64,000 nt of DNA from the NCBI GenBank assembly GCA_035546955.1, contig DASZVV010000251.1, positions 18,353-82,352 of the forward strand. The letters run 5' to 3'. The position numbers and the translations under genes are program-made. The notes beneath the pieces were generated by a model, which was not told the DNA's origin, searched no databases, and saw only the letters and a program-made list of their open reading frames with translations. Origin of the DNA: Bryobacteraceae bacterium. Lineage in GTDB: Bacteria; Acidobacteriota; Terriglobia; Bryobacterales; Bryobacteraceae. Of the stretch, positions 1-11,657 are shown in pieces; within the stretch, counting starts at the first letter, position 1; the number at the start of each line of letters is the position of its first letter.

Positions 1-1
1 C

Positions 2-3000
2 CTGATCTGCGAAGGCATCATTGAACGCGTCGTCCGCGAGGAGGGCCTCACCGTCCTTGGCTGGCGCGACACGCCGGTTGATGTCAACGCCATCGGCCGG
101 GTGGCGCGCGCTTCCCAGCCCTATATTGAACAGCTCTTCATTCGCGGTGCGTCCGGAATGACGCAGGACGCTCTGGAGCGCAAGCTGTTCGTCATCCGCA
201 AGCGTGTTGAGGCGGAAGTCGCCGCGAGCGATCTGCGGGAGAAGGGCTTCTTCTACGTCCCATCCCTTTCTTCGAGGGTGGTGGTCTATAAAGGACTCCT
301 GCTGGCGGGACAGATGGGCTCGTTTTACAACGAACTTCTGGATCCCGATACCACCAGCGCTCTCTGTCTGGTCCACCAGCGTTTTTCCACCAACACCTTT
401 CCCACCTGGCCTCTCGCCCATCCTTACCGCTACATCTGCCACAACGGTGAAATCAACACTGTCCGGGGTAACGTCAACTGGATGGCGGCGCGGGAAAGCG
501 TGCTGAGCTCGCCCCTTTTCGGCGACGACATAAAGAAGCTGATGCCGATCATCCAGCCCGGCGGCTCGGATTCGGCGGCGCTCGACAATGCCGTGGAACT
601 TCTCACGTTATCCGGCCGCAGCCTGCCGCACGTGATGGCCATGTTGATTCCCGAGGCCTGGGACGCCGACGAGAACATGGATCCGGCGAAGAAGGCGTTC
701 TACGAGTATCATGCGTCGTTGATGGAGCCCTGGGACGGACCTGCCGCCGTGGCTTTTACCGACGGCCGCGTCATCGGCGCCACTCTGGACCGCAACGGCC
801 TGCGCCCGGCGCGCTACCTCGTCACCAAGGACGACGTGCTGATCATGGCGTCCGAGACCGGCGTGCTTCCCATCAAGCCCGAGGACGTCCGGTTCAAGGG
901 GCGCCTGCAGCCCGGGCGAATGCTACTCGTCGACACCGTGGAGAAGCGCATCATACCCGACGAGGAGATCAAGGCCTCCCTTGCCGCCCGGCAGCCGTAC
1001 GGGGACTGGCTGAAGGAAAATCAGATCACGCTCGACCATCTTCCCGAGCCGCCTCGCGTCTATGAGTCGGATCGCGATTCGATCATCGCCCGGCAGCGTA
1101 TGTTCGGCTACACCGACGAAGATCTGAGAACTCTGCTGACCCCCATGGCGACCGGCGGGCAGGAGCCCGTGGGTTCGATGGGAACGGATACGCCGCTGGC
1201 CTGCCTTTCCGACCGCCCCCAGTTGCTGTTCCATTACTTCAAGCAGATGTTCGCGCAGGTCACCAATCCGGCGATCGACCCGATTCGCGAAGAGCTGGTC
1301 ATGTCGCTCACCAGCTACATCGGCACCGAGCGCAATATCCTGGCGGAGACGCCGCAGCACTGCCACACGATGAAGCTGCCGCATCCCATCCTGACCAACC
1401 GGGATCTCGAAAAGCTGCGCCGCGTCTCGCAGGGCGATTTTCTCGCCACCACCCTTTCCATGTTGTTCCGCGCCGACGGCGGCGAGGAAGAACTGGAGCG
1501 CGCCCTGGAAGGGCTGTGCCGCAAGGCTTCCCTCTCCATCAAATCCGGCTACACCGTCTTGATCCTGTCTGACCGCGGCACCGACCAGGAATACGCTCCC
1601 ATTCCCAGCCTGCTCGCGCTCTCCGCCATTCATCATCATCTGGTCCGCGAAGGCTCGCGTACCCAGGTCGCTCTGATCATCGAATCCGGCGAGCCGCGCG
1701 AGGTGATGCATTTTTGTCTGCTCATCGGCTACGGCGCGAGCGCCGTGAACCCATATCTGGCCATCGAGACTCTGGAGGATGAGGCGCTTCGCGGCCATCT
1801 GCCGGACACCACCTTCGAAAAAGCCCTGAAAAACTACAAGAAAGCAATAAATAAGGGGCTTCTCAAAGTGTTCTCGAAAATGGGCATCTCCACGCTGCAA
1901 AGCTATCGGGGCGCGCAGGTGTTCGAAGCGATCGGCCTCAGCCGTCCGCTCGTCGACCGCTACTTCACCGGCACTTCCTCGCGCATTGGCGGCGTCGGCC
2001 TGGGAGTGATCGCGCGCGAAGCCCAGATGCGGCACGAATTCTCGCGGCAGCCTCTCGATGAATCTCACACCGAACTCGACTCCGGCGGCAGCTATCATTA
2101 CCGCGTAAACGGCGAGTACCATCTCTATAACCCGCTTACGGTCAGCAAGCTCCAGCACGCCGTGCGGCAATCGAGTTTTTCCACCTTCCAGGAATACACG
2201 TCGCTCATCAACGACCAGAGCGAACGGCTCTGCACTTTGCGCGGCTTGATGAAATTGAAGACTCTGCCCGCGCCAATCCCCATTGACGAAGTCGAACCGG
2301 CGAAAGAAATTGTCCGGCGATTCGCCACCGGAGCCATGTCTTTCGGCTCAATCAGCAAGGAAGCGCACGAGACGCTCGCGATCGCGATGAACCGCATCGG
2401 CGGACGTTCCAACACCGGAGAGGGAGGGGAAGACGAAGCGCGTTTCCGGCGCGACGACAATGGTGATTGGCGCCGCAGCGCCATCAAGCAGGTCGCCTCC
2501 GGCCGCTTCGGCGTCACCACCAACTACCTGGTGAATTGCGACGAGTTGCAAATCAAGATCGCCCAAGGCGCCAAGCCCGGCGAGGGCGGCCAGTTACCCG
2601 GGCACAAGGTGAATGAGGAGATCGCCCGCGTGCGGCACTCTATTCCCGGCGTCCCTCTGATTTCGCCGCCGCCGCACCACGACATTTATTCCATCGAAGA
2701 TCTCGCGCAGTTGATCTACGATTTGAAGAATGTAAATCCGGCTGCGCGGATCTCCGTCAAGCTGGTGGCCGAGGTGGGGGTTGGCACGGTCGCCGCCGGC
2801 GTCGCCAAAGCGCATGCCGACGTTGTCCTGATCAGCGGCTACGACGGAGGCACCGGCGCTTCGCCGCTCACTTCCATCCAGCATGCCGGCATCCCCTGGG
2901 AGCTTGGGCTGGCCGAAACCCAGCAGGTTCTCGTGCTGAACGACCTGCGCAGCCGCATCCGCGTGCAGACCGACGGAAAGCTGCAAACCGGCAGGGACGT

Positions 3001-4267
3001 TGTCATTGCCGCCCTGCTTGGCGCCGAAGAGTTCGGCTTCTCCACCGCTCCCCTGATCTCGATGGGCTGCATCATGATGCGCAAATGCCATCTGAACACA
3101 TGCCCGGTGGGTGTGGCGACGCAAGACCCTCTCCTGCGCGCCAAGTTCCAGGGCCAGCCCGAACACGTCATCAATTTCTTCTTCTACATCGCCGAAGAGG
3201 TGCGAGCCATCATGGCGTCCATGGGCTTCCGGAAGCTCGATGAACTGGTTGGACGCGTCGACATGATCGAGATGCGCCACGCCATCGACCACTGGAAGGC
3301 GAAAGGGCTCGATTTCTCCACCATCCTGCACAATCCGCAGGTTCCCGGCCGTGTCGGACGCCGCTGCACCATCGCCCAGGATCACGGTCTCGACCAGGCG
3401 CTCGATTACAAGCTGATCGACCACGCCCGCGAATCGATCGAGAGTGGATCGCCGGTCGAGTTCAAGCTTCCCATCCGTAACGTCCATCGAACCGTGGGCG
3501 CGATGCTCAGCGGAGAGGTCGCCCGCCGGCACGGCTCAAACGGGCTGCCGGAAGACACCATTCGTTTTGAATTTTCCGGCTCCGCGGGACAGAGCTTCGG
3601 AGCGTTTCTCGCCAAGGGCGTAACCCTGGCGCTCGAAGGCGATGCCAACGATTACATCGGCAAGGGCCTCTCCGGCGGGCGTCTGATCGTCTACCCGCCG
3701 AAGACTTCGAATTTCCTGCCGGAGGAAAACATTCTCATCGGCAACACGGCCCTCTATGGCGCCACCAGCGGCGAGGCGTTTTTCAATGGCGTCGCCGGAG
3801 AGCGTTTCGCAGTCCGGAATTCGGGAGCTAATGCCGTCATCGAAGGCGTGGGCGATCATGGCTGCGAGTACATGACCAAGGGACTTGTGGTCTGCCTTGG
3901 CCGGACCGGCCGGAATTTTGCGGCGGGCATGACCGGAGGCATCGCGTTCGTGCTCGACGAGAGCGGCGCGTTCCGTTCCGTTGGCTGCAACCGCGCCGGG
4001 GTCGATCTCGAAGAGGTCACCGAGCAGGACGATGTGCAGGCGCTGCGCACGCTCATCTCGCGCCACGCGGAATATACCGACAGTCCCAGGGCGCGCTGGA
4101 TTTTGGACAATTGGGGGGAAATGCTGCCGCGTTTTGTGAAAGTGTTTCCTCATGAATTTAAGCGGGTGCTGGGTGTTCCGTTAAAACAGGCGTCTCCGCA
4201 TCCGGCTATCGTGAATGCCCGCGTGGCGGCGGCAGGGGAAATGAAACAGGAGGCCGCCCGTGGGTAA
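2..4267 (+). CDS. gltB: Glutamate synthase large subunit (5' end cut by window edge)
   Basis: The frame is open from nt 2 ([27 protein letters not shown]...). It shows the FMN and GXGXG-domain regions typical of GltB. The stop at 4265-4267 overlaps the gltD start. Confidence 0.95.
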   Translation: MICEGIIERVVREEGLTVLGWRDTPVDVNAIGRVARASQPYIEQLFIRGASGMTQDALERKLFVIRKRVEAEVAASDLREKGFFYVPSLSSRVVVYKGLLLAGQMGSFYNELLDPDTTSALCLVHQRFSTNTFPTWPLAHPYRYICHNGEINTVRGNVNWMAARESVLSSPLFGDDIKKLMPIIQPGGSDSAALDNAVELLTLSGRSLPHVMAMLIPEAWDADENMDPAKKAFYEYHASLMEPWDGPAAVAFTDGRVIGATLDRNGLRPARYLVTKDDVLIMASETGVLPIKPEDVRFKGRLQPGRMLLVDTVEKRIIPDEEIKASLAARQPYGDWLKENQITLDHLPEPPRVYESDRDSIIARQRMFGYTDEDLRTLLTPMATGGQEPVGSMGTDTPLACLSDRPQLLFHYFKQMFAQVTNPAIDPIREELVMSLTSYIGTERNILAETPQHCHTMKLPHPILTNRDLEKLRRVSQGDFLATTLSMLFRADGGEEELERALEGLCRKASLSIKSGYTVLILSDRGTDQEYAPIPSLLALSAIHHHLVREGSRTQVALIIESGEPREVMHFCLLIGYGASAVNPYLAIETLEDEALRGHLPDTTFEKALKNYKKAINKGLLKVFSKMGISTLQSYRGAQVFEAIGLSRPLVDRYFTGTSSRIGGVGLGVIAREAQMRHEFSRQPLDESHTELDSGGSYHYRVNGEYHLYNPLTVSKLQHAVRQSSFSTFQEYTSLINDQSERLCTLRGLMKLKTLPAPIPIDEVEPAKEIVRRFATGAMSFGSISKEAHETLAIAMNRIGGRSNTGEGGEDEARFRRDDNGDWRRSAIKQVASGRFGVTTNYLVNCDELQIKIAQGAKPGEGGQLPGHKVNEEIARVRHSIPGVPLISPPPHHDIYSIEDLAQLIYDLKNVNPAARISVKLVAEVGVGTVAAGVAKAHADVVLISGYDGGTGASPLTSIQHAGIPWELGLAETQQVLVLNDLRSRIRVQTDGKLQTGRDVVIAALLGAEEFGFSTAPLISMGCIMMRKCHLNTCPVGVATQDPLLRAKFQGQPEHVINFFFYIAEEVRAIMASMGFRKLDELVGRVDMIEMRHAIDHWKAKGLDFSTILHNPQVPGRVGRRCTIAQDHGLDQALDYKLIDHARESIESGSPVEFKLPIRNVHRTVGAMLSGEVARRHGSNGLPEDTIRFEFSGSAGQSFGAFLAKGVTLALEGDANDYIGKGLSGGRLIVYPPKTSNFLPEENILIGNTALYGATSGEAFFNGVAGERFAVRNSGANAVIEGVGDHGCEYMTKGLVVCLGRTGRNFAAGMTGGIAFVLDESGAFRSVGCNRAGVDLEEVTEQDDVQALRTLISRHAEYTDSPRARWILDNWGEMLPRFVKVFPHEFKRVLGVPLKQASPHPAIVNARVAAAGEMKQEAARG

Positions 4268-5669
4268 GCTGACCGGGTTCATGGAGTATGCGCGGGAGAC
4301 GCCCCAGCGGCGTCCCGTTCCTCAGCGCATTAACGATTGGTTTGAGGTCTACCAGGAGTTCCCGGAGGACAAAGTCCGCACCCAAGGCGCGCGCTGTATG
4401 GATTGCGGCGTACCCTTCTGTCACACGGGCTGCCCCGTAAACAACATCATTCCCGATTGGAACGATCTGGTCTATCGCGGCCGCTGGCACGAAGCCATCC
4501 GCGTCCTGCATTCCACCAATAATTTCCCCGAATTCACCGGACGCATCTGCCCCGCTCCCTGCGAGGCGGCGTGCGTGCTCGGCATCAGCGAGCCGCCGGT
4601 TACTATTAAGCTCATTGAAAAAAGCATCATTGAGCACGCCTTCCAGGAGGGTTGGATCACTCCCGAAACCCCTCGCGAGCACACTGGCCGGCGCATCGCC
4701 ATTATCGGTTCCGGACCCGCCGGCCTGGCAGCCGCGCAGCAGCTCGCGCGCGCCGGGCACAGCGTCACCGTCTTTGAGAAAGCCGACCGTCCCGGCGGTC
4801 TCCTTCGCTATGGAATCCCGGAATTCAAGCTGGAAAAGTGGGTTGTCGATCGCCGTCTCGATCAAATGCGGGCGGAGGGAGTCGAGTTTCGCTGCGGCGT
4901 CCACGCGGGCGTGAATATTTCCGCGCAAGAATTAAGGCGCGCTTTCGATGCCGTTCTTTTGACCGGCGGCGCCGAGCATCCCCGGGACCTCAACGTGCCG
5001 GGCAGGGACCTGGACGGCATTCACTTTGCCATGGATTACCTCCCCCAAGCCAACCGTGTGAGCGCGGGCGAAACGGTTCCCGGACAGATCCTGGCGACCG
5101 GGAAAAATGTGGTCATCATTGGCGGCGGCGACACCGGCGCCGATTGCCTTGGCACCGCACATCGCCAAAAGCCGGCCTCGGTGCGCCAGTGGGAAATTAT
5201 GCCGACGCCTCCCGGCGAACGCTCGCCTCTGACGCCTTGGCCCCTCTGGCCTCTCAAGCTCCGGGTCGAAAGCGCGCATGAGGAAGGCGGCATGCGGGAG
5301 TGGAGCATTGCCACCACGCACTTCGAAGGTGAAAACGGCCGGGTCCGCAAACTTCACGCCGTGCAGGTGGGTCCCGCGCCCAAGTTCGAGCCGGTTCCGG
5401 GCAGCGCCTTCTCGATCGACGCCGATCTCGTTCTGCTGGCAATGGGCTTCACCGGGCCGGAGAAAAAAGGACTCGTCGAGCAGATGGGCGTCGAACTAGA
5501 CGCCCGCGGCAACGTCAAGACAGGTAAGGATTATCAGACCTCCGTCCCGGGTGTATTCGCCGCCGGCGACATGCGGCGCGGGCAATCACTGGTCGTCTGG
5601 GCTATCGCCGAAGGCCGCCAAGCGGCCGCTTCCATCCACCGTCACCTGGCGGTTGCCGCGAAGCGCTAA
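4260..5669 (+). CDS. gltD: Glutamate synthase small subunit (NADPH)
   Basis: The GTG start overlaps the gltB stop. An N-terminal Cys cluster ([15 protein letters not shown]) is followed by the dinucleotide fold [14 protein letters not shown] and a second [13 protein letters not shown]. Confidence 0.93.
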   Translation: MGKLTGFMEYARETPQRRPVPQRINDWFEVYQEFPEDKVRTQGARCMDCGVPFCHTGCPVNNIIPDWNDLVYRGRWHEAIRVLHSTNNFPEFTGRICPAPCEAACVLGISEPPVTIKLIEKSIIEHAFQEGWITPETPREHTGRRIAIIGSGPAGLAAAQQLARAGHSVTVFEKADRPGGLLRYGIPEFKLEKWVVDRRLDQMRAEGVEFRCGVHAGVNISAQELRRAFDAVLLTGGAEHPRDLNVPGRDLDGIHFAMDYLPQANRVSAGETVPGQILATGKNVVIIGGGDTGADCLGTAHRQKPASVRQWEIMPTPPGERSPLTPWPLWPLKLRVESAHEEGGMREWSIATTHFEGENGRVRKLHAVQVGPAPKFEPVPGSAFSIDADLVLLAMGFTGPEKKGLVEQMGVELDARGNVKTGKDYQTSVPGVFAAGDMRRGQSLVVWAIAEGRQAAASIHRHLAVAAKR

Positions 5670-5701
5670 GCAACTCTCACTCATAGACGTCACCACATCG
5701 G

Positions 5702-6508
5702 TCAACGCGCGGTCGCGTTCGCTGACTGGCGATAGCGTTTTGCCAGCAATCCGGTGGCTTCTTCAATGTCAATGACGGCAAACAGTATGCCAGCCTTTCC
5801 GTAGGGCTGAGAGCAAAGCAGCGTACCATCGGGGCGCGCCACCGCCGACGTTGTAGGCGAGCCCGCGCTCGCGCAGTTCACCGACGCGAAATAGCAGGTG
5901 TTTTCCGCCGCGCGGCACAAGATTGCTTTTTCGTGAAAAGAATTCGCTGGATCGGCGAAGCTCTTCGGCTCATAGCCCCCGGGCGCGGCTTCATGAAAGT
6001 GGGGATGGAACACGATATGCGCTCCTCTGCGCGCCGCCCACCGGACGGTCTCCGGATAGCGCCATCCTTCGTGGCAGATGGAAATGCCAAAGGTAAGCGG
6101 CCCGCGGGAAAAAACGCGCCGCCCCGAACCGGCTGAGTAGAGGCTCTCTTCCGAGGGGTCAAGCTGGACTTTGTCCTGCCATCCCGCGCGCGTTCCATCG
6201 CGGTGGAAGACCAGGGCCGTAATCAGAAGCGTCCCCTCATGAACTCGCTCCGTCCCCAGAATGACCGAAAGCTCGGCCTTAGCGGCCGCCGCTCCGACCC
6301 TGCTCCAGGCGCGCTCCAGGAACACCGGATCGGGCGGCGCAGACGTTCGACCCGCGGTCCGGTAGCCGGGGATGAAACACTCCGGAAAGCAGATAATACC
6401 AGCGCCCTCCCGCCCCGCGTCGTGGATCGCCTCCTCGGCCAGCGCAACCGACTCGTCCCGATTCACCGGATACGGCATATTGGCCAGCGCAATTCGAAAC
6501 GGGGTCAT
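5702..6508 (-). CDS. Carbon-nitrogen hydrolase (nitrilase superfamily) amidohydrolase
   Basis: CFPECFIPGY (catalytic Glu region) and ISICHEGWRYPE (catalytic Cys region). The length of 268 aa is typical. Confidence 0.85.
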   Translation of the reverse strand: MTPFRIALANMPYPVNRDESVALAEEAIHDAGREGAGIICFPECFIPGYRTAGRTSAPPDPVFLERAWSRVGAAAAKAELSVILGTERVHEGTLLITALVFHRDGTRAGWQDKVQLDPSEESLYSAGSGRRVFSRGPLTFGISICHEGWRYPETVRWAARRGAHIVFHPHFHEAAPGGYEPKSFADPANSFHEKAILCRAAENTCYFASVNCASAGSPTTSAVARPDGTLLCSQPYGKAGILFAVIDIEEATGLLAKRYRQSANATAR

Positions 6509-6617
6509 TTGTCCTAAATTCTAACCGCAACGCGCTCGGCGGACGGTCATTCGCTCCAACCTCCCGGCGGCCCGAACGGCGGCGGGCGACGTTCTTGTAT
6601 ACTACTCACCCAGCACC

Positions 6618-7649
6618 ATGCGATCGATTCAACTCGTAGCACCGCGTACGCTTGAAGAGCGCGAAATCGAATTTCCCCACGATCCCGGTCCGGGCGAAAT
6701 CCTCGTGAAACTGCATTCGGTAGGGGTTTGTGGTAGCGACCTCCACTGGTATCTCGAAGGCCATATCGGTGCAATGCAGGCCGCCTATCCCATGGTGTTG
6801 GGACACGAACCGGCCGGGGAAGTGGTGGGCGCAGGTCCGGGGGTCACCGCCTTTCAGTCCGGCGACCGCGTCGCCATTGAGCCAACGCTCAGTTGCGGTC
6901 ACTGCGAGTTCTGTCTGGTCGGCCGCCACAACAACTGCCTCAATTCAACGTTCATGGGCTCGCCGCGGACGTTCGGTTTCTTCCGTGAATTCGCAGTCGT
7001 CCCCCAGCATAACGCCACACACTTCCCCAAGGAATTCAGCTACCGGCAGGCAACTCTGATCGAGCCGCTCGCCGTTATCATGCACATGCTGGAACTGATC
7101 GAAATTCGAACGCCCGATACGGTCGCTGTTCTTGGAGCCGGCCCCATCGGAATGCTGGCGGCGGCCGTGGCGCGTGCGTCCGGCGCTTCCCAGGTGATCG
7201 TCGCCGACCGGGTCCCCCACCGCCTCGCGCTAGCCCGTGAGATGGGCGCGTCGTGCGCCGTTGACGTGAACTCGTTTCCGGATGCCGTGCGCGACCTGAC
7301 TCGCGGCCGCGGCGTCGATGTCGTAATCGATGCGGCGGGAATGCCGCAGACCATCAACATGTCGCTTGCCATCGCGCGCCCTTCCGGCACCGTTGTACTG
7401 GTCGGAATCCCCTCGGAGACAGGCTTTGGGGTAGACTTGCACGCCGCCATGGCGAAGGAGCTTCGCATCCAGACGCTGAAGCGCTCCAATCATCGCTCCC
7501 GTCCGGCCATTGACATGCTCGCGTCCGGCGCCGTTAAAGATACGCTCATTACGCACGCGCTGCCGCTTTCAAAAACGCCCGAAGCCTTCGAAACAGTTGC
7601 CGAATATCGCGACGGCGTGGGTAAGCTGGTCATTGGACTGGATCTATGA
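6618..7649 (+). CDS. Zn-dependent medium-chain polyol/alcohol dehydrogenase (sorbitol or threonine dehydrogenase-like)
   Basis: GVCGSDLHWY and GHEPAGEVV zinc-ligand motifs, the structural-zinc Cys cluster CGHCEFC, and the Rossmann motif VLGAGPIG. Confidence 0.85.
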   Translation: MRSIQLVAPRTLEEREIEFPHDPGPGEILVKLHSVGVCGSDLHWYLEGHIGAMQAAYPMVLGHEPAGEVVGAGPGVTAFQSGDRVAIEPTLSCGHCEFCLVGRHNNCLNSTFMGSPRTFGFFREFAVVPQHNATHFPKEFSYRQATLIEPLAVIMHMLELIEIRTPDTVAVLGAGPIGMLAAAVARASGASQVIVADRVPHRLALAREMGASCAVDVNSFPDAVRDLTRGRGVDVVIDAAGMPQTINMSLAIARPSGTVVLVGIPSETGFGVDLHAAMAKELRIQTLKRSNHRSRPAIDMLASGAVKDTLITHALPLSKTPEAFETVAEYRDGVGKLVIGLDL

Positions 7650-9097
7650 CCGTGAATCAGTTTCTTGCAATTGATCTGGGCGCCGAGAGCGGCCGGGCAA
7701 TGCTGGGCACTTTGGAAAATGGGAAGCTTTCGCTCGAAGAATTGCACCGTTTCCCGAATACCGCCGTGCGGCTTCCCACGGGCCTCTATTGGGACACTCT
7801 CCGGCTTTTCTACGAAATCCGCCGTTCTCTTGAAATCTGCGGGCGCCGCCGCGGCGTTCGCCTTCAGGGGATCGGCATTGATACCTGGGGTGTCGATTTC
7901 GCGCTTCTGGGCTCGGATGGCGCACTTGTCGACAATCCCCGGCATTATCGGGATGCCCGCAATGCCGGCATGCTGGAGAAAACCTTCGCCGTAATTCCGC
8001 GCGAGGAAATCTTCGCCGAGACGGGCGTGCAATTGATGGCGATCAATTCGCTCTATCAGTTGTATGCCATGAAACTGGCGGCATCGCCCGCGCTCGCCTC
8101 CGCCACCCGGCTTTTATTCATTCCCGACCTTCTGAATTACTGGCTCACCGGAGTGCCGCGCGCCGAGCAGACAATCGCCAGCACGTCGCAGTTCTACAAT
8201 CCGCGCACCAGAACCTGGGCCACAACGCTCTTCGATCGCCTTGGTCTTCCCACGTCCATTCTTCCGGAAATTGTCGCGCCCGGAACCCGTATTGGGAACC
8301 TGTTGCCCGAAATCGCGGAAACCAGCGGTTTTGACGCTCCGGTTCCGGTCTACGCCACCGCCTGCCACGACACCGCTTCAGCCGTCGCCGCCGTGCCCGT
8401 TTCCGGAGACAAGGGCTGGTGCTACATAAGCTCCGGCACCTGGTCTCTGCTCGGCGCCGAAATCGACGCGCCTATCGTGAACGATCGCGCTCTGGAGTTG
8501 AACTTCACCAATGAAATGGGCGCGGATGGAAAGGTCCGTCTGCTAAAAAACATCGCCGGACTTTGGCTGTTGCAGGAATGCCGGCGGGCATGGGCTCTCG
8601 AAGGGAAGGAGTATTCTTATGCCGATCTGGCGGCCATGGCGGAGGCCGCTCCACCTTCCCGTCTGCGCATTGATCCGGACGAATTCCTGTCGCCCGGGAA
8701 TATGCCCGAGCAGATTGCCGGTCATTGCCGCGAGCGCGGAGAACGTGCGCCGGAAGATCCAGGAGCGTTTTGCCGTCTGATCCTCGAAAGTCTCGCCGAG
8801 TCATACACCCGGGTGCTGCACCGCCTGGAGAGTCTTCTGGGCCGGCCCATCGACGTCGTGCATATCGTTGGCGGAGGCTCGCGCAATCGTCTGCTGAACC
8901 AGCTCACGGCCGACTTTTCCGGCAAAACCGTCGTCGCCGGGCCTACCGAGGCTACCGCCGCGGGAAATATTTTGGTCCAGGCGCTGGGCGCGGGCGTCGT
9001 GTCCGGCCTGTCTGAGGTTCGTGCCATTACTCGCGCGTCGTTCGATCTCGAAACGTTCGTCCCGAAGGCGAAACCGGGCGCTGTGGCATCACGCTGA
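7646..9097 (+). CDS. FGGY-family carbohydrate kinase, rhamnulokinase-like
   Basis: N-terminal FLAIDLGAESGRAMLG...LEELHRFPN...LYWD pattern typical of RhaB-type kinases, plus C-terminal VHIVGGGSRN. The start overlaps the upstream dehydrogenase stop. Confidence 0.8.
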   Translation: MTVNQFLAIDLGAESGRAMLGTLENGKLSLEELHRFPNTAVRLPTGLYWDTLRLFYEIRRSLEICGRRRGVRLQGIGIDTWGVDFALLGSDGALVDNPRHYRDARNAGMLEKTFAVIPREEIFAETGVQLMAINSLYQLYAMKLAASPALASATRLLFIPDLLNYWLTGVPRAEQTIASTSQFYNPRTRTWATTLFDRLGLPTSILPEIVAPGTRIGNLLPEIAETSGFDAPVPVYATACHDTASAVAAVPVSGDKGWCYISSGTWSLLGAEIDAPIVNDRALELNFTNEMGADGKVRLLKNIAGLWLLQECRRAWALEGKEYSYADLAAMAEAAPPSRLRIDPDEFLSPGNMPEQIAGHCRERGERAPEDPGAFCRLILESLAESYTRVLHRLESLLGRPIDVVHIVGGGSRNRLLNQLTADFSGKTVVAGPTEATAAGNILVQALGAGVVSGLSEVRAITRASFDLETFVPKAKPGAVASR

Positions 9098-9142
9098 TCC
9101 CGCTACAATAGGAATTCCCAGCCTCAAATCGGGACCCTTAAT

Positions 9143-10324
9143 ATGAACAAACGCATCGGCATATTGACTGGGGGCGGAGATGTCCCCGGACTCAATTCAG
9201 TGATCAAAGAAGTCACCTACCGCGCCACCGAGAACGACCGCGAGGTTATCGGCATCCGCCGCGGATGGGAAGGATTGACGCACGTCAACCTGGACGACCC
9301 GGCCAGCAAGAGCCGCTACGTGCTCCCGCTCAACCGCGACAACACGCGCACCGTGGACCGCACGGGCGGGACGTTTCTCCACAGCAGCCGCACCAATCCG
9401 CTTCGCATGAAGGCCGCGCCGGACTTTCTGGCCGGAGTGGATTTCCCCAAGGCGATCAGCGTCAAGAAGGGCGTCTCCTCCGAGACCATGGACCTTAGCT
9501 CGCAGGTCGTAAAGAACATCGAGCGTCTCGGCATCGACTTTTTGATCGCCATCGGCGGCGATGACACTCTCAGCTATGCTGCCCATTTGGACAAGCTGGG
9601 CGTTCCGGTGGCCGCCGTGCCCAAGACAATGGACAACGATGTCCGCAACACCGAATATTGCATCGGCTTCTCCACCGCCATCAACCGTGCCACGGATGCC
9701 ATCAATCGCCAGCGCACAACCATAGGCTCCCATGAGCGCGTCGGCCTTTTCCGCGTCTTCGGCCGCGATGCCGGTTACACGGCCTTATATACCGCCTACG
9801 TCACCAATATCCGCTGCGCAATTCCCGAGTTCAAGGTGGACCTGGAGAAGCTGGTCGAATTGCTCGTGGCCGACAAGCGCCATAACCCCAGCAACTATTG
9901 CCTGCTGGTGCTATCTGAAGGCGCGCAATGGGAGGGGTATGTTCAGCGCGAATTCGGAGAGCCGGATGGCTACGGGCACCGCAAAAAATACAACATCGCC
10001 GAAGCGCTCGCCGAGGAAGTTCAGGCGCGCACCAAAGAAGAGACTGTTGTCAGCGACCTCACCTACGATCTGCGGAGCGGCGCTCCGGATTTTGTGGACA
10101 AACTGGTAGCGTCCACCTTCGGCACCATGGCCCTCGATTGCGTTCTCGAAAACCGCCACGGCCTGATGGCTGCCATTGTGGACGGGAAGTACGACATGGT
10201 CCCCATTCCGGACCCCAAGCTCGGACCGCGGAAAGTGGACATCGAGAATATGTACAACACCGAGCGTTATCGTCCCAACTACGCCAATAAATCGGGCCTG
10301 CCGATCTTTTTGACTCGCGCCTAG
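9143..10324 (+). CDS. pfp: Phosphofructokinase (PfkA family) with PPi-dependent-type active-site signature
   Basis: IGILTGGGDVPGLN, IAIGGDDTLS (GGDD rather than GGDG) and VPKTMDNDV (Lys rather than Gly before T-x-DND). Confidence 0.85.
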   Translation: MNKRIGILTGGGDVPGLNSVIKEVTYRATENDREVIGIRRGWEGLTHVNLDDPASKSRYVLPLNRDNTRTVDRTGGTFLHSSRTNPLRMKAAPDFLAGVDFPKAISVKKGVSSETMDLSSQVVKNIERLGIDFLIAIGGDDTLSYAAHLDKLGVPVAAVPKTMDNDVRNTEYCIGFSTAINRATDAINRQRTTIGSHERVGLFRVFGRDAGYTALYTAYVTNIRCAIPEFKVDLEKLVELLVADKRHNPSNYCLLVLSEGAQWEGYVQREFGEPDGYGHRKKYNIAEALAEEVQARTKEETVVSDLTYDLRSGAPDFVDKLVASTFGTMALDCVLENRHGLMAAIVDGKYDMVPIPDPKLGPRKVDIENMYNTERYRPNYANKSGLPIFLTRA

Positions 10325-10359
10325 CAGTCCCCGCGGGTTGGTGTGGATGTTGGAAAACC

Positions 10360-10390
10360 GGGGCCGCGGAGGCGGTCCCCGCGTTTTTTC
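10360..10390 (+). terminator. Intrinsic terminator after the phosphofructokinase gene
   Basis: GGGGCCGC (10360-10367) pairs with GCGG(T)CCCC (10372-10380) across a GGAG loop with one bulge. A T6 run follows at 10384-10389. Confidence 0.6.
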
Positions 10391-10424
10391 CACCCTCATG
10401 GAGCGGCTATTCTGGAGTCAGTCA

Positions 10425-11657
10425 ATGAAGATACAAGAAGTCGTGGAGGCCGAAGGACATCTTGTCGATTCGCATGTTCTCGAACAGATTTTCGACACGG
10501 TGGTTGAGTGTCAGGGCAAATTTGAAGTAGACGATTTTCGCATTGGGCGCACCAATAGCGAGCAATCCTATTTGCGTCTGAAGGTGGAGACACCGACCGC
10601 GGAATTGATGGATCAACTGCTCTCGCAGTTGATCGGGTTGGGTTGTACGCCGGCCGATTCGGGCGACGCGGAACTCCGGACGGTGGAACGCGACTGTTGC
10701 GCGCCGGAGGATTTTTATTCCACCACCAATCACCGCACGCTGGTGCGTCACCGGCAGCACTGGCTGGAGGTTCAGGACCAGAGGATGGACGCCCTGGTGG
10801 TGGTGAAGGACGGGGAAGCGCATTGCCGCCGCCTGCGCGATTTGCGCGCGGGCGACCGTGTGGTGGTGGGCATGCGGGGCATCCGGGTGGCCCCGGAATC
10901 GAAGGAGCGGGATCGACTTTCGTTCGCTTTCATGAGCAACGGGATCTCGTCGGAGCGCCAGGTGGAAACCGCGGTACGGCAGACCACCGCTTTGATCCGT
11001 CAGGCTCGCGAGGCCGGTCAGAGAATCGTGGTGGTGGGCGGTCCGGTGGTGGTTCATACCGGTGGCGCCGCCGCGTTGTCCCAGTTGATCCGCGAAGGCT
11101 ATGTGGACGCCTTGCTCGCGGGCAATGCCCTGGGAGTTCACGATATCGAAGCGGCGCTGCTCGGCACGTCCCTTGGCGTTCGCCAAAGCGATGGGCGGCA
11201 GGAGGAGCACGGGCATCGCAATCATATGCGCGCCATCAACGCGATTTTCCACGCCGGCAGCATACGTGGCGCGGTTGAGAGCGGACGGCTCACTCGGGGT
11301 GTGCTATACGAATGCGTGAAGGCCGGGGTTCCGTTTGTGCTCGCGGGAAGTCTTCGCGACGACGGTCCTCTCCCCGATACCATCACCGATATGAATGCGG
11401 CTCAAGACGCTTATGCCCGGCAACTCAAGGGGGCCGGCTTGGTTCTCTGCCTCGGCTCCATGCTACACTCCATCGCGGTAGGCAATATGCTGCCTAGCTG
11501 GGTGAAAATTGTTTGCGTGGACATCAACCCCGCCGTTGCCACCAAGGTTAGCGACCGGGGCACCGGGCAGGCGATTGGCGTCGTCACCGATGTCGGTCTG
11601 TTTCTCGATCAGTTAGCGCGGCATCTCGAAGTGCCCGCCAAGGAGATTCCGCAATGA
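10425..11657 (+). CDS. TIGR00300 / LOR-SDH-conserved-region family protein (ornithine cyclodeaminase-like family)
   Basis: The N-terminus MKIQEVVEAEGHLVDSHVLEQIFD...FRIGRT resembles the LOR/SDH N-domain family. I chose the ATG at 10425 (GGAG 7 nt upstream) over the track start at 10338, which lies across the upstream terminator. Confidence 0.75.
   Translation: MKIQEVVEAEGHLVDSHVLEQIFDTVVECQGKFEVDDFRIGRTNSEQSYLRLKVETPTAELMDQLLSQLIGLGCTPADSGDAELRTVERDCCAPEDFYSTTNHRTLVRHRQHWLEVQDQRMDALVVVKDGEAHCRRLRDLRAGDRVVVGMRGIRVAPESKERDRLSFAFMSNGISSERQVETAVRQTTALIRQAREAGQRIVVVGGPVVVHTGGAAALSQLIREGYVDALLAGNALGVHDIEAALLGTSLGVRQSDGRQEEHGHRNHMRAINAIFHAGSIRGAVESGRLTRGVLYECVKAGVPFVLAGSLRDDGPLPDTITDMNAAQDAYARQLKGAGLVLCLGSMLHSIAVGNMLPSWVKIVCVDINPAVATKVSDRGTGQAIGVVTDVGLFLDQLARHLEVPAKEIPQ

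Noticed and set aside
923-2170. Long (415 aa) minus-strand ORF inside gltB, one of many long antisense ORFs in the track. Others include 12270-13532, 24659-26008, 26071-27396, 34857-36125, 39332-40579, 45111-46946, 52576-53718, 56260-57723, 57938-59188, 60642-61529 and 61652-62665.
   Set aside because: Each lies entirely opposite a gene with clear family motifs. Their translations are Arg/Gly/Pro/His-rich and low in complexity with no recognisable motifs. Such stop-poor antisense frames are expected in GC-rich DNA.
10338-10424. N-terminal extension of the TIGR00300-family ORF as listed in the track. Similar extensions occur at 50174-50233, 53586-53792, 21968-22018, 21023-21064 and 27433-27684.
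   Set aside because: The extensions overlap upstream terminators or neighbouring genes and lack Shine-Dalgarno sequences. Internal ATGs with Shine-Dalgarno sequences give N-termini that match the family consensus.
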